Source: Blepharisma stoltei ATCC 30299 (Eukaryota > Protista > Ciliophora). Taken from it: DNA of 64,000 bases. How positions within the stretch are numbered: position 1 is the stretch's first letter; each line of letters begins with the position of its first letter. The position numbers and the translations under genes are program-made. The stretch spans positions 496,001-560,000 of the forward strand of contig CBFDEM010000041.1 of NCBI GenBank assembly GCA_965603825.1. Reading direction: 5' to 3'. This document shows positions 36,275 to 47,792 of this stretch, piece by piece. Below the pieces are notes generated by a model. It did not search any database and was not told the DNA's origin. It was given only the letters and a program-made list of their open reading frames with translations.

Positions 36275-36844
36275 ATGGTCGGAACTGTGAAGATCTCGGA
36301 TATTCCTCTAGAGGCAACCAAAGATGATATCGATAAATTCTTTGATATGGCAGGGCCATTTAGCATAATCCGATTTGACCCACCTGTAGCGATTATAGCT
36401 TTTGAGGATGACAATGATGCTGATAAAGCTTTATTTTTAAATGGAATGGAGATCTTGGGAAAAATTGTTAGCGTAGAGATGCATTCTGAAGAAGATATAG
36501 AAAAGGGCTATCATATTATTTCTGATAATATTGCTCAGCCAGCATTCAGCAGTATAACTATCCCTCAATCTGCTCAGCCTGCATCCAGCAACATTACCAT
36601 ACCAGAAGCAGTCATTGAAGAGTATAAAATGGACTCTACCTTACAGAATGTACCAAAAAAATCTAAGCCTTTGGCAGAAACAACTAATGATACCGCGAAG
36701 GAGAGGCTTCAAAATGTATCTCTTCCAGCGAGACGAAAATTAGATGAAAAAGATCCATTTGCCATTCTTATGAATTTGAACGTTTCAGGTGTGATCGCAT
36801 TCACTACATTGGTCTACCTAACATTATCAAGCTTTTGGTCTTAA
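36275..36844 (+). CDS. RRM-domain protein with C-terminal hydrophobic tail anchor
   Basis: TVKISDIP...I.KFF..AG, AIIAFED...A.KAL.LNG.EI.GK.V.V; terminal GVIAFTTLVYLTLSSFWS. Confidence 0.75.
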   Translation: MVGTVKISDIPLEATKDDIDKFFDMAGPFSIIRFDPPVAIIAFEDDNDADKALFLNGMEILGKIVSVEMHSEEDIEKGYHIISDNIAQPAFSSITIPQSAQPASSNITIPEAVIEEYKMDSTLQNVPKKSKPLAETTNDTAKERLQNVSLPARRKLDEKDPFAILMNLNVSGVIAFTTLVYLTLSSFWS

Positions 36845-39734
36845 GCAATTCATGAAGTGAATTTAATATAATTCTTAAAGTAAAACTTTAGATTAATTTG
36901 GCATAATAATGTTGCCTATATTTGATTAAAGGATTAAATATAAATCGAAATTAAATTAAGAAATAATCTCAACGCTTTAGGCAATATAAATTGTTATAAA
37001 ATTATTTTTAAATTATTTTTAGATCTCTATTTTATATAAAAAATCTCAATGCTAAATGATATAGTCAAAGCAGATAGAAATAGCAATTATAAATTTTATT
37101 TCCAAATTTAACCCTTTTTCATATTGGATGTAAAAATAATAAAAATCACATAATTAAGTTTAAATTTATGTGGCCTCCATATTTATTTTCTCCACATTTA
37201 ACTAGTGACATATTATGGGTCTCAGCACAAGCCCATCTACACTTTTCCAGTTTTTAGTCCCAGGATTCTAGAATCACTCCATTTTGAGGTAATACCAAAA
37301 CAAAGTGCATTCAAATAAGCCCATTTTGTTTATAGATATGGGTATATGAGAATCTTTAAATCCACTTCCAATGAGATAATCTCAAAATCTTATTTAGGTA
37401 CCAGAATTTCAAACAGCTAGGAGGTGTATGGATCTTTGATATGCGAAAATTTCCTATTTCGCGGCATTCAACTGATTAAGGTTTTTTTTATTCTTAGGAT
37501 TGATTCAAAACCTCAGAGAGTCTTTCTTATCATCAGGCTTAAATAGAGCAAGTGAAGAATCGCTCATTTTCATTTTTTCATTTCTTTGACAGAAAAGTTG
37601 CATCTTCTTTATGTTTCAACAGCAAGAATCATAAGACTTTCAAACATAAATTTAGTAAGGCACTGCTTGCTAGAAATTAGAAAAAATCTTTATCAAATAT
37701 AGAAGCAATGAAATCTTTAATTCTGAAGATTTTTAATACGGCTTGAGGTTCGAATTGAAGAGCCAAATGAAACGCGTTAACAATTTTAATTGAATTCTGA
37801 AATTAACTGATGCTGCTTGCTTAGAGTTTTTTTAAGATGATTAGCCAACAAAACTTGACGAATCCTTGTTGTTACTTAAGAAAATTGATAGACAAGGAAA
37901 TTCAAAAGGATCAGTATTGACAAAGTGAGCATGATTTCAAAAATGATTCCATCGGAATAATTTCTGAGATGTTTCGCTTGGAAACTTAGTCTTTGCATCT
38001 TAATTGAATGTTAAAATTATGCATTCTGCCCTTTGATCCCTCTTGAAATTTAATGATTGCCTATTCTGGCGATGTCTTGGAAATTAAGGTTATGATAATC
38101 AAGAACACTTTGAAAATGAATTATAAGCTGACTCTGTTTCTTCATTAAACCAAAATACAATCTTCTAAAGTGTCGGACTCAAAAGAGGAAATTTGCGAAA
38201 TATCAAATTTTGACCTCACATTTTTACGACCCCAATTTTCAAACGATTTCTTCAAGATAGCACTCGGAAAAGAATTCAGTGGAATAATAGAGCTCATTCC
38301 TCTATAGATTTCTTGCAGACAATTGATTAGCTGCATTGTTGCCAAAATTAGCTTGAGATTTCCTATATGAATTATCGGAATACTGATGTTACTGATGATG
38401 GCCAAAAAGCACTTAAAAGAGACTTGCATCAAAAATCTTTAATTTAAACGAAGACACCTTAAAATTTGAAATGAAGTTTCAAAGTTAATTGGTTTGTATG
38501 AATAACTTAATTTGCAAAAAAAAATTTGTAATTTGGCTGCATATGAGGCAAGTAAAATTGGCTGATTGAAAAAATAATTTTCCAAACTTATGTAAAGCGG
38601 CTATTTAACAGATAAAAATATTGAAATTGAATATCAATACAGCGTTTTCACTTGCCTAATAATTTTTGCTGTGAATATGTATCCAACTGCACTTAATTAA
38701 TTTGCGGCTCTCGATGAATAATGCTAATAAGCCCTTAGACTGAGCTCTATAGCAAAATAAGAGCACATAAAGTGTTTATCTTAAACTTTCCATAGTCTTA
38801 ATCCTTTTTACAAACAAGTGTAAAGACAGTTGTGCTGCTAGCCATAATGAACGAACTTAAATATATATATCGGATTTGAGTTACAATTAGATCCTGCATA
38901 TTCGATTTCATTGTCCTGAGGGCTTAATAAACCAAAATTCGGTGTATCTTCCTCTGTAGCATCGGTGTTCTTGCTAAAAATTATTCACATATGAAGACTT
39001 TCCTAACTAATTAGATCTTGTTATTGGAAATTGCTATACTTTAGAAGAGTATAACCTATTAAAGATTGAAGAAGACTTCAAGCTCATATTTATATGTTCC
39101 TTATATAATAAATTTATGTTTAACCTTGAATAATTATAACAGAATTGCTTAAATTAAAATTATGAACTGCCATTTATGAACTAGAGTATTAACCTAAAAG
39201 TGAGACTCCATTAAATTTAATATTTAATTTTATCTCATATGACGTCACACATAAAATGAGCTATCTTAATTTCAAAAAAATGGACACTTGAAACTCCATC
39301 AGACCAGTTTCTCCTCCTTTTTATTTAGGAGAATTTTTCGCCATCTTTACCTTTATCAAAATTCTAGTCTAGTCTAAAAAGTTAACTGATCAGAAATTTC
39401 GCAACAATTAGCATTGCTTAATGGTATTTTTAACGATTTAAAATTTAATCCAAGCTATAACTCAATAAATTCATGACTTAGAGCTTGTATAATAGTTTTA
39501 TTAGCGAGTTAGTATAGGAAGTAATCCCTAAATTTTTTTTTACTTGTTGACAAAACTAAGTATTTTATATTATAAGTGCCAAATCTAGCCCTGCAGAATT
39601 TTTTATATGATGAACTATGAATTATAAGCCTGTCTAACCTAGTCTAACCCTATTAGTTCGCCTAGAACAAAAATTAAATAATCTTAAGCGGTTAAGATTT
39701 ACTGAATAAATTTCCCATATTTTATAAAAATTTA

Positions 39735-40823
39735 ATGGGAAGCCATAGCTTCAGATCAGATGATTGAGACCGTGAGATGTGCGTGAACATTTCTCACTTC
39801 AAGATCCATCATACTATAGGAAAGGGTTGCTTTTGCAGAGTGTGACTTGCTAAACACAAAACAACAAAACAGATATATGCGTTAAAAGAAATCTTAAAGT
39901 CAAGGGTCATAGCACAGAAACATGTAGGAGCAGCATTGAATGAGCAGACCATTTTAAGCACTATAAGACACCCTTTCCTTGTTAACATGCATCACGCATT
40001 TCAAAGTCGTGACTACCTTTTTCTTACCTTAGACTTAAAAACTGGAGGAGATCTGCGGTACCATCTCCTTAACCATACTTTTGTTGAGGAAGAAGCCAGA
40101 TTCATGATTTCTTGCGTGATACTTACATTGGAGTACTTACATTCAAATAAAATTATACACAGAGACTTAAAGCCTGAGAACTGACTTTTGGATGAAGACG
40201 GCTACGTTTGTTTAACTGACTTTGGCATCGCACGAAAACTCGAAAATGAGACTTGCAGAGAAATGTCTGGTACTCCAGGATACATGGCGCCTGAGGTTCT
40301 GTGTCAGGAGAGTCATACTTATACTGCAGACTGGTTTGCTATAGGTGTGATTTTATACGAAATCATCACTGGATTAAGACCTTACGTAGGAAAAAACATG
40401 AACCAAATAAAAAATCAAATCCTTGATAGACAAATACAACTGAAACATGAAAATCTATCTGGGGATTGGTCTAAGGAATGTGTTGACTTCGTAAATAAAC
40501 TGATCCAAAGAGAACCTCAAAACAGACTTGGTTTTAAAGGAGTAAGCGAAGTAAAAAACCATCCATGGGTGAAGAATGTTGAATGGGAAAAGCTGCTCAG
40601 AAAAGAAGTTGCTCCGGTTTTTAAACCACCCAAAGCTAATAATTTCAATCATAAATATGTTTCCGAGGAATGGAGAGATGGAATTGTCGCCAAGAGCGAC
40701 TACAACCAAGAGGCATTTAAAGGTTATTTCTATAATGAAATGTCTCAAGGTGATAAAGTAGAGTCAAATCATCATGATTTGCACTCAAGAAGAAAATATA
40801 ATCTTTGTCAATTATGGAAGTAA
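39735..40823 (+). CDS. AGC-family Ser/Thr kinase, array copy 1 (divergent)
   Basis: IGKGCF.RV[W], YALK, HRDLKPEN, DFG, SGTPGYMAPE; three in-frame TGA. Confidence 0.85.
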
Positions 40824-41333
40824 ATTATAAGCTAACGCTTTTAGAATTAAATAAAAATCGTCTTTAAATAGTTTTATTTGGCCTAAATCTTTCAGCTTGT
40901 CGTTGTATTTGACCACATGGGTTGATCAGTATGGGGTATGATGATTTAAAAAAAATCAAAAAATCTGAATAAGATTTCTAATAAATAATTTTAAATTAAA
41001 AAAAACAACTGCTCTACCAAAAAGAAATCAAAAAGAATCATTTCTTTAATTTTAAACCTAAATATCAGAAAAATATTTTTAAAAAGCTAATTTATCAGAA
41101 CCCTTTTCAACAGGAGATAAAATGTTTCGAGCACCAATAATTATCAATAGAGTATCCAACAAAATATTTTTTGGGATATTCAGAAACAGATTTAACTCTA
41201 AAGCTGTATTTAATTTTCATAAATTTTTAATTTTTGAACCCCAATAATTTTTGAAGCATATCTTTTAATTCTGCCTTCAGCCATATATACGGGTTATTAG
41301 GACCACATTAATAAATATCTGATAAGCTTCGAA

Positions 41334-42479
41334 ATGGGAAACTGCAGTTTGAAAACTAGCGATTATGACCCGACAATTTGTATAAATCCTAATCAATTTG
41401 AGTTCCACTATCCAATTGGAAAAGGTTCTTTCAGCAAGGTGTGAAAAGTCACCGATAAAGCAACAAAGCAAGTCTATGCTTTGAAAGAAATCCTTAAATC
41501 AAGGGTAGTAGCACAAAGGCATGCTAATTCTGCTCTTAACGAAAAAACCGTGTTAAGTATGCTAAGGCATCCTTTTATGATAAATATGCATCATGCTTTT
41601 CAAAACAAAAATTACCTTTTCCTCACAATGGACTGGAAGTCTGGTGGAGATCTCCGCTATCAAATGATAAAAAATAAATTTGTAGAAGAGGAAGCCAAAT
41701 TTTTGGTTTCATGCATCGTTCTTGTATTAGAATACATACACTCTCTTAGCGTAATTCATCGAGACGTAAAACCAGAAAATTTGCTCTTTGATGAGGAAGG
41801 GTATATTTATCTCGCAGATTTTGGAGAAGCCAAAATATGGGATAAAGAGATGCCTCATGATATGTCAGGAACCCCTGGATATATGGCGCCTGAAGTAGCC
41901 TTTCAGCAGGATTATTCATATACCGCTGACTGGTTTGCGGTGGGTGTAATTTTATATGAAATTATTACAGGATCAAGGCCATATTCAGGAAAAACTTTAA
42001 ATGAAGTTAAAGATAAAATTTTAGAAGGCCAATCACATTTAAACGTCGAGAACTTATCAACTCCTTGGTCAAAGGAATGTGAAGATTTTGTAAATAAATT
42101 AATTCAAGTAAGCCCACAAAACAGACTGGGATTCAAAGGAATTGACGAAATAAGAAATCATCCATGACTGAAGTATATAGAATGGGATAGATTGTATAGA
42201 AAAGAAATTATCCCAAGCTTCAAGCCGAAGAAAGGAAATAATTTTAATTCACATTATGTAAATGAAGACTGGAAAGATGGAATTACACCCAAGTGCAATT
42301 TTAATCAAGATATATTTTTAGGCTACTTTTATATGGAGTTGCCTCAAAATACTGATTCAACTAACACAAAAGTCTATGCAAAAAGGAAAAACTCCTTTTG
42401 CTTGCCAACAATTCATTCAGGAGATACAATTAATCAAAAAATGCATGAACGAGGAAAAAGCGAATTTCGTGCTTCATAA
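41334..42479 (+). CDS. AGC-family Ser/Thr kinase, array copy 2
   Basis: MGNC start. TGA at KV[W]KV and NHP[W], where paralogues have TGG. Confidence 0.9.
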
Positions 42480-43263
42480 CTAGGTTAATGTATTTAAATG
42501 TAAAAAATTCGTCTCTATAGCTTAAAAATAATTCTAGACATTCTACTAAATTAAGTCGACGTCACCAATTTATTTTTCAATTTAAGGCTTTCATGGGCAA
42601 TTTAATGATAAAATCTGTGATTAATTTTAAAAGATAAAAAGTTACAATAATATCTTATTCGCTATCTATAAAGTTTTTATTATATTAAAATATCTTATGT
42701 TAATCACCTTGGTTGAAAATATGCAAAACTAAATAAAAATTGTATATAATTTTGTTGATCTATGAAAATAAAGTTATAAGGCAATGATTTGGAAATGTAA
42801 TGCAAAGTCTTTCTTTTGATTATTAATTTTTAGCTAACTTGTATTTAATATTTCTTTTGAGTTTGAAGAGCTGGGGAAAAATTAAAAGGTCATAATAAAA
42901 AATCTGGCCGATAGAATTATATAAAAGAATAAGCTTCTCTGCTCACTAGAAATAATAAATTATTATTCTAATTAACTTCAACTGAAAATATTCCCTCACA
43001 TATTTTTGAATACCCATATTTTCTAAATAATCTGTTTCAAAATCGATATAAATGTTTGGGTTAAGTTGCCTGAAACTAATTTTTCCACAGAAGATAGCTT
43101 AGAAGCTAGAAATTGGAAATTGAATGCAGTTAAGGTTTTGTTTTATATTTTCCAACTAAAAAATAACAATAACTAATTTTTTAAGTTAAAATTTATTTCA
43201 GGTGGTTAGCCATATACTTGGAGATTTCTTGCCACATTTATAAACATAAACATCCGACCTGAC

Positions 43264-44403
43264 ATGGGAAACTGCATTCTGAAAACTGACGATTGTGACA
43301 CGACGATTTGCTTAAATCCTCATCAATTCGATTTCCATTATCCAATTGGTAGGAGTTCTTTTAGCAAAGTTTGGAAAGTCACCCAGAAAAATTCAAAGCA
43401 AGTGTATGCCTTGAAGGAAATCCTAAAATCAAGAGTAGTAGCACAAAGACACGTTAACTCTGCCCTAAATGAAAAAGAGATGCTAAGCGTTCTACGTCAT
43501 CCGTTTATGACTAATATGCACCATGCTTTCCAAAGCCATAGTCATCTTTATCTTACTATGGACTTCAAGCATGGAGGCGATTTACGGTACCAACTTCTAA
43601 AACATAAATTTGTTGAGGAAGAAGCCAAATTCATCATTTCATGCGTAATCATTGGCTTGGAATACGTTCATTCCAAACAAATCATCCATAGGGACTTAAA
43701 ACCAGAAAATTTGCTTTTTGACGAAAAAGGGTATGTATACTTATCAGATTTCGGGGAAGCAAAAATATGGGCCCAAGAGAACTCAAATGATGTATCAGGA
43801 ACTCCTGGATATATGGCTCCAGAAGTTCTTTGCCAACAAAACCACTCTTATCCTGCAGATTGGTTTGCAGTCGGTGTTATCTTACATGAAATCATCACGG
43901 GTTCCAGACCTTTCCCGGGAAAAAATTTAAAAGAATTTAAAGAAAAGATCTTAGAAAGCCAAGTGCAATTAAACGTAGACACTTTATCCACTTCTTGGTC
44001 TAAAGCATGCGAAGATTTTGTAAATCAATTAATCCAAACAAACCCTCAAAATAGACTTGGGTTTAGAGGGGTTGGTGAAATAAAAAATCATCCATGGCTA
44101 AAGGATGTAGAATGGGATAAAGTTCTTAAAAAAGAAGCTAATCCGAGATTTGTCCCTAAGAGAGGGAACAATTTCAATAGAGAGTATGTAAACGAAGACT
44201 GGAATGATGGGATTAAGCCAAAATGCGATTTTAAACAAGAGATGTTTGCAGGCTACTTTTATGTGGAGATGCCTCACTTTCAGAATGTAGATAATAACCA
44301 GAACACACATATGAGAAATAAAAGCTCTTTTGTTCAGCCTCATATTCAAAGTGGAAGTTCGAGCAATCAAAGGGCAAGAGGAAAAAGCTCTGTACGTGGA
44401 TAA
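43264..44403 (+). CDS. AGC-family Ser/Thr kinase, array copy 3
   Basis: Uninterrupted 379-aa ORF with HRD, DFG and APE motifs. Confidence 0.92.
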   Translation: MGNCILKTDDCDTTICLNPHQFDFHYPIGRSSFSKVWKVTQKNSKQVYALKEILKSRVVAQRHVNSALNEKEMLSVLRHPFMTNMHHAFQSHSHLYLTMDFKHGGDLRYQLLKHKFVEEEAKFIISCVIIGLEYVHSKQIIHRDLKPENLLFDEKGYVYLSDFGEAKIWAQENSNDVSGTPGYMAPEVLCQQNHSYPADWFAVGVILHEIITGSRPFPGKNLKEFKEKILESQVQLNVDTLSTSWSKACEDFVNQLIQTNPQNRLGFRGVGEIKNHPWLKDVEWDKVLKKEANPRFVPKRGNNFNREYVNEDWNDGIKPKCDFKQEMFAGYFYVEMPHFQNVDNNQNTHMRNKSSFVQPHIQSGSSSNQRARGKSSVRG

Positions 44404-44637
44404 AAAATTAAATTTAAAACTTTAATGTAAATATAATATCTTTAAAAATTGAACTGTTTCAAAAAATTATTTTTAAAAAATAAACAATATTTTCTTTTAT
44501 TTCCAATGTGTTAAAGTTCATTTGGTAGCCATTTTAGTTTAAAGAGAAAATGAAAATTGTTGAAAAGTTGTTAATTTATTCACCAAATAAACTAGCGATG
44601 CATGCCTATAATTTATGACTCGACAAATTTAAAACCC

Positions 44638-45080
44638 TTTAGAAGGTCAAGCACATTTAAACGTGGAGAACTTATCAACTCCTTGGTCAAAGGAATGTGA
44701 AGATTTTGTAAATAAATTAATTCAAGTAAGCCCACAAAACAGACTGGGATTCAAAGGAATTGGCGAAATAAAAAATCATCCATGACTAAAATATATAGAA
44801 TGGGATAGATTGTAGAAAAGAAATTATCCCGAGCTTCAAGCCGAAGAAAGGAAATAATTTTAATTCACATTATGTAAATGAAGATTGGAAAGATGGAATT
44901 ACACCCAAGTGCAATTTTAATCAAGATATATTTTTAGGCTAATTTTATAAAATACCGATTCAACTAACACAAAAGTCAATGCAAAAAGGAAAACTCCTTT
45001 TGCTTGCCACCAATTCATTTAGGAGATACAATTAACCAAAAATGCATGAACGAAGAAAAAGCGAATTTCGCTCTTCATAA
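44638..45080 (+). pseudogene. Truncated, decayed duplicate of the 3' part of kinase copy 2
   Basis: Near-identical to 42020-42479 but with a 2-nt deletion creating TAG, a TAC>TAA change and further deletions; no 5' half. Confidence 0.92.
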
Positions 45081-45379
45081 CAAGGTTAATGTATTTAAAT
45101 GTAAAAAATTATTTTCTATAGCATAAAAATAATTCTAGACATTCTACTAAATTAAGTCGACGTCATCAATCTATTCTTCAATTTAAGACTTTATAGAAAA
45201 TTTTAGTGATAAAATCTTTGATTAATTTCAAAAGATATAAAGTTGCAGTAATATCTTATTCGATATCTGCAAAGTTATTATTATACTAAAATATCTTATT
45301 TTAGTCAGTTTAGTTAAAAATATGCAAAACTAAATAAAAACGTATATAATTTTTTTGATCTCTGAAAGCAAATTTATAA

Positions 45380-45713
45380 AACACTGATTAGAAAATGCAA
45401 TACAAAGTTTTTCTTTTGTTATAAATTTTTAACTAAGCTGCCTTTAGTATTTCTTTGAGTTTGAAGAGTTGGGGAAAATTAAAAGGTCATAATAAAAATA
45501 CTGGTCGATAGAATTATATAAAAGAGCAAACTTAACTACTCGCTAAACACTGATTAGAAAATGCAATACAAAGTCTTTCTTTTGATTATACATTTTTAAC
45601 TAAGCTGCCTTTAGTATTTCTTTTGAGTTTGAAGAGCTGGGGAAAATTAAAAGGTCATAATAAAAATACTGGTCGATAGAATTATATAAAAGAGCAAACT
45701 TAACTACTCGCTA
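45380..45713 (+). repeat. Direct tandem repeat, 2 x ~167 bp, intergenic
   Basis: aacactgattagaaaatgcaatacaaag...cttaactactcgcta occurs twice here and once in the paralogous spacer. Confidence 0.9.
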
Positions 45714-46017
45714 GAAATCATAAATTATTATTCTAATTAGTTTCAGCTGAAAATTTTCCCTCAAACATTTTTGAATACCCATATTTTACAAATAATCTGT
45801 TTCACAATCGATATAAATGTTTTGGCTAAGTTGTCTGAAACTAATTTTTCCAAAAAAGATAGTTTAGAAGCTATAAATTGGCAGTTAAAGCTTTGCTCTA
45901 TATTTTCCAACTAAAAAATAACAAGAACTAATTTTTTAAGTTAAAATCTATTTGGGTGGTTAGCCATATACTTGGACATTTCTATACCACATTTATAAAC
46001 ATAAACATCGACCTAAC

Positions 46018-47169
46018 ATGGGAAACTGCATACTGAAAACTGACGATTGTGACACGACGATTTGCTTAAATCCTCATCAATTCGATTTCCATTATCCAAT
46101 TGGTAGGAGCTCTTTTAGCAAAGTTTGGAAAGTCACCCAGAAAAATTCAAAGCAAGTGCTAGCTTTGAAGGAAATTCTAAAATCAAGAGTAGTAGCACAA
46201 AGACACGTTAACTCTACCCTAAATGAAAAAGAGATGCTAAGCATCTTACGTCATCCATTTATGACTAATATGCACCATGCTTTCCAAAACCATAGCCATC
46301 TTTATCTTACTATGGACTTCAAGCATGGAGGCGATTTACGGTACCAACTTCTAAAACATAAATTTGTTGAGGAAGAAGCCAAATTCATCATTTCATGCGT
46401 AATCATTGGCTTGGAATACGTTCATTCCAAACAAATCATCCATAGGGACTTAAAACCAGAAAATTTGCTTTTTGACGAAAAAGGGTATGCATATTTATCA
46501 GATTTCGGGGAAGCAAAAATATGGGCCCAAGAGAACTCAAATGATGTATCAGGAACTCCTGGATATATGGCTCCAGAAGTTCTTTGCCAGCAAAACCACT
46601 CTTATCCTGCAGATTGGTTTGCCGTCGGTGTTATCTTACATGAAATCATTACGGGTTCCAGACCTTTCCCAGGAAAAAATTTAAAAGAAGTTAAAGAAAA
46701 GATCTTAGAAAGTCAAGTGCAATTAAACGTAGACACTTTATCCACTTCTTGGTCTAAAGCATGCGAAGATTTTGTAAATCAATTAATCCAAACAAACCCT
46801 CAAAATAGACTTGGGTTTAGAGGGGTTGATGAAATAAAAAATCATCCATGGCTAAAGGATGTAGAATGGGATAAAGTTCTTAAAAAAGAAGCTAATCCGA
46901 GATTTGTCCCTAAGAGAGGGAACAATTTCAATAGAGAGTATGTAAGCAAAGACTGGAGTGATGGGATTAAGCCAAAATGCGATTTTAAACAAGAGATGTT
47001 TGCAGGCTACTTTTATGTGGAGATGCCTCACTCTCAGAATGTAGATAATAGCCAGAGCACAAATATGAGAAATAAAAGCTCTTTTGTTCAGCCTCATATT
47101 CAAAGTGGAAGTTCGAGCAATCAAAGGGCAAGAGGAAAAAGCTCTGTGCGTGTGGATAAAAATATTTAA
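46018..47169 (+). CDS. AGC-family Ser/Thr kinase, array copy 4 (recent duplicate of copy 3)
   Basis: Nearly identical to 43264-44403; a 2-nt indel alters the last residues. Confidence 0.92.
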   Translation: MGNCILKTDDCDTTICLNPHQFDFHYPIGRSSFSKVWKVTQKNSKQVLALKEILKSRVVAQRHVNSTLNEKEMLSILRHPFMTNMHHAFQNHSHLYLTMDFKHGGDLRYQLLKHKFVEEEAKFIISCVIIGLEYVHSKQIIHRDLKPENLLFDEKGYAYLSDFGEAKIWAQENSNDVSGTPGYMAPEVLCQQNHSYPADWFAVGVILHEIITGSRPFPGKNLKEVKEKILESQVQLNVDTLSTSWSKACEDFVNQLIQTNPQNRLGFRGVDEIKNHPWLKDVEWDKVLKKEANPRFVPKRGNNFNREYVSKDWSDGIKPKCDFKQEMFAGYFYVEMPHSQNVDNSQSTNMRNKSSFVQPHIQSGSSSNQRARGKSSVRVDKNI

Positions 47170-47792
47170 ATTTAAAACTTTAATGTAAATATAATATCTT
47201 TAAAAATTGAACTGTTTCAAAAAATTATTTTTAAAAAATAAACAATGTTTCCTTTTATTTTCCATGTGTTAAAGTTCATTTGGTAGCCATTTTAATTTAG
47301 AGAAAATGAAAATTGTTGAAAAGTTGTTAATTTATTCACCAAATAAACTAGGGATGCAATGCCTATAATTTATTACTAAGACTTATCATTTATAATTATT
47401 CCTCTTTTCTAAATATAGAACTTTTTCAAACAACACACTTAAATCTGTCTAAATTAAAAAATAATTGGAGATAATTATCTTAAAATTAAACTTTAGGATT
47501 CTTAATTACTATTAAGATTTTAGAAAATAATATCACCAATATCCTTATCACAAATGAGCTTCTTATGATACTTTTTCGCATAAATAGATATATTCTTAAA
47601 AAATCCAATTGTGAAAATAAGGTAAATTCCAAAAAATTATTGGATATTATAATTATAAGACTCTTTAATTTATACCTAACTTATTCATGTGCTTCTTTCT
47701 AATGTTCTAATCTCATGGCAAAAACACAACTGATTTTTGATTTCACCTGCTCGACTTCTATATACCAATAAACAATTACATCAACACCCAAA

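Larger units (their letters stand above)
42020..47378 (+). repeat. Tandem segmental duplication (about 42020-44620 and 44638-47378)
   Basis: The kinase-2 3' end, spacer, kinase 3/4 and downstream flank (..caccaaataaactag..gcctataattta) all occur twice in the same order. Confidence 0.92.

Noticed and set aside
38145-38432. 95-aa minus-strand ORF
   Set aside because: Non-ATG start, no motif and no extendable frame.
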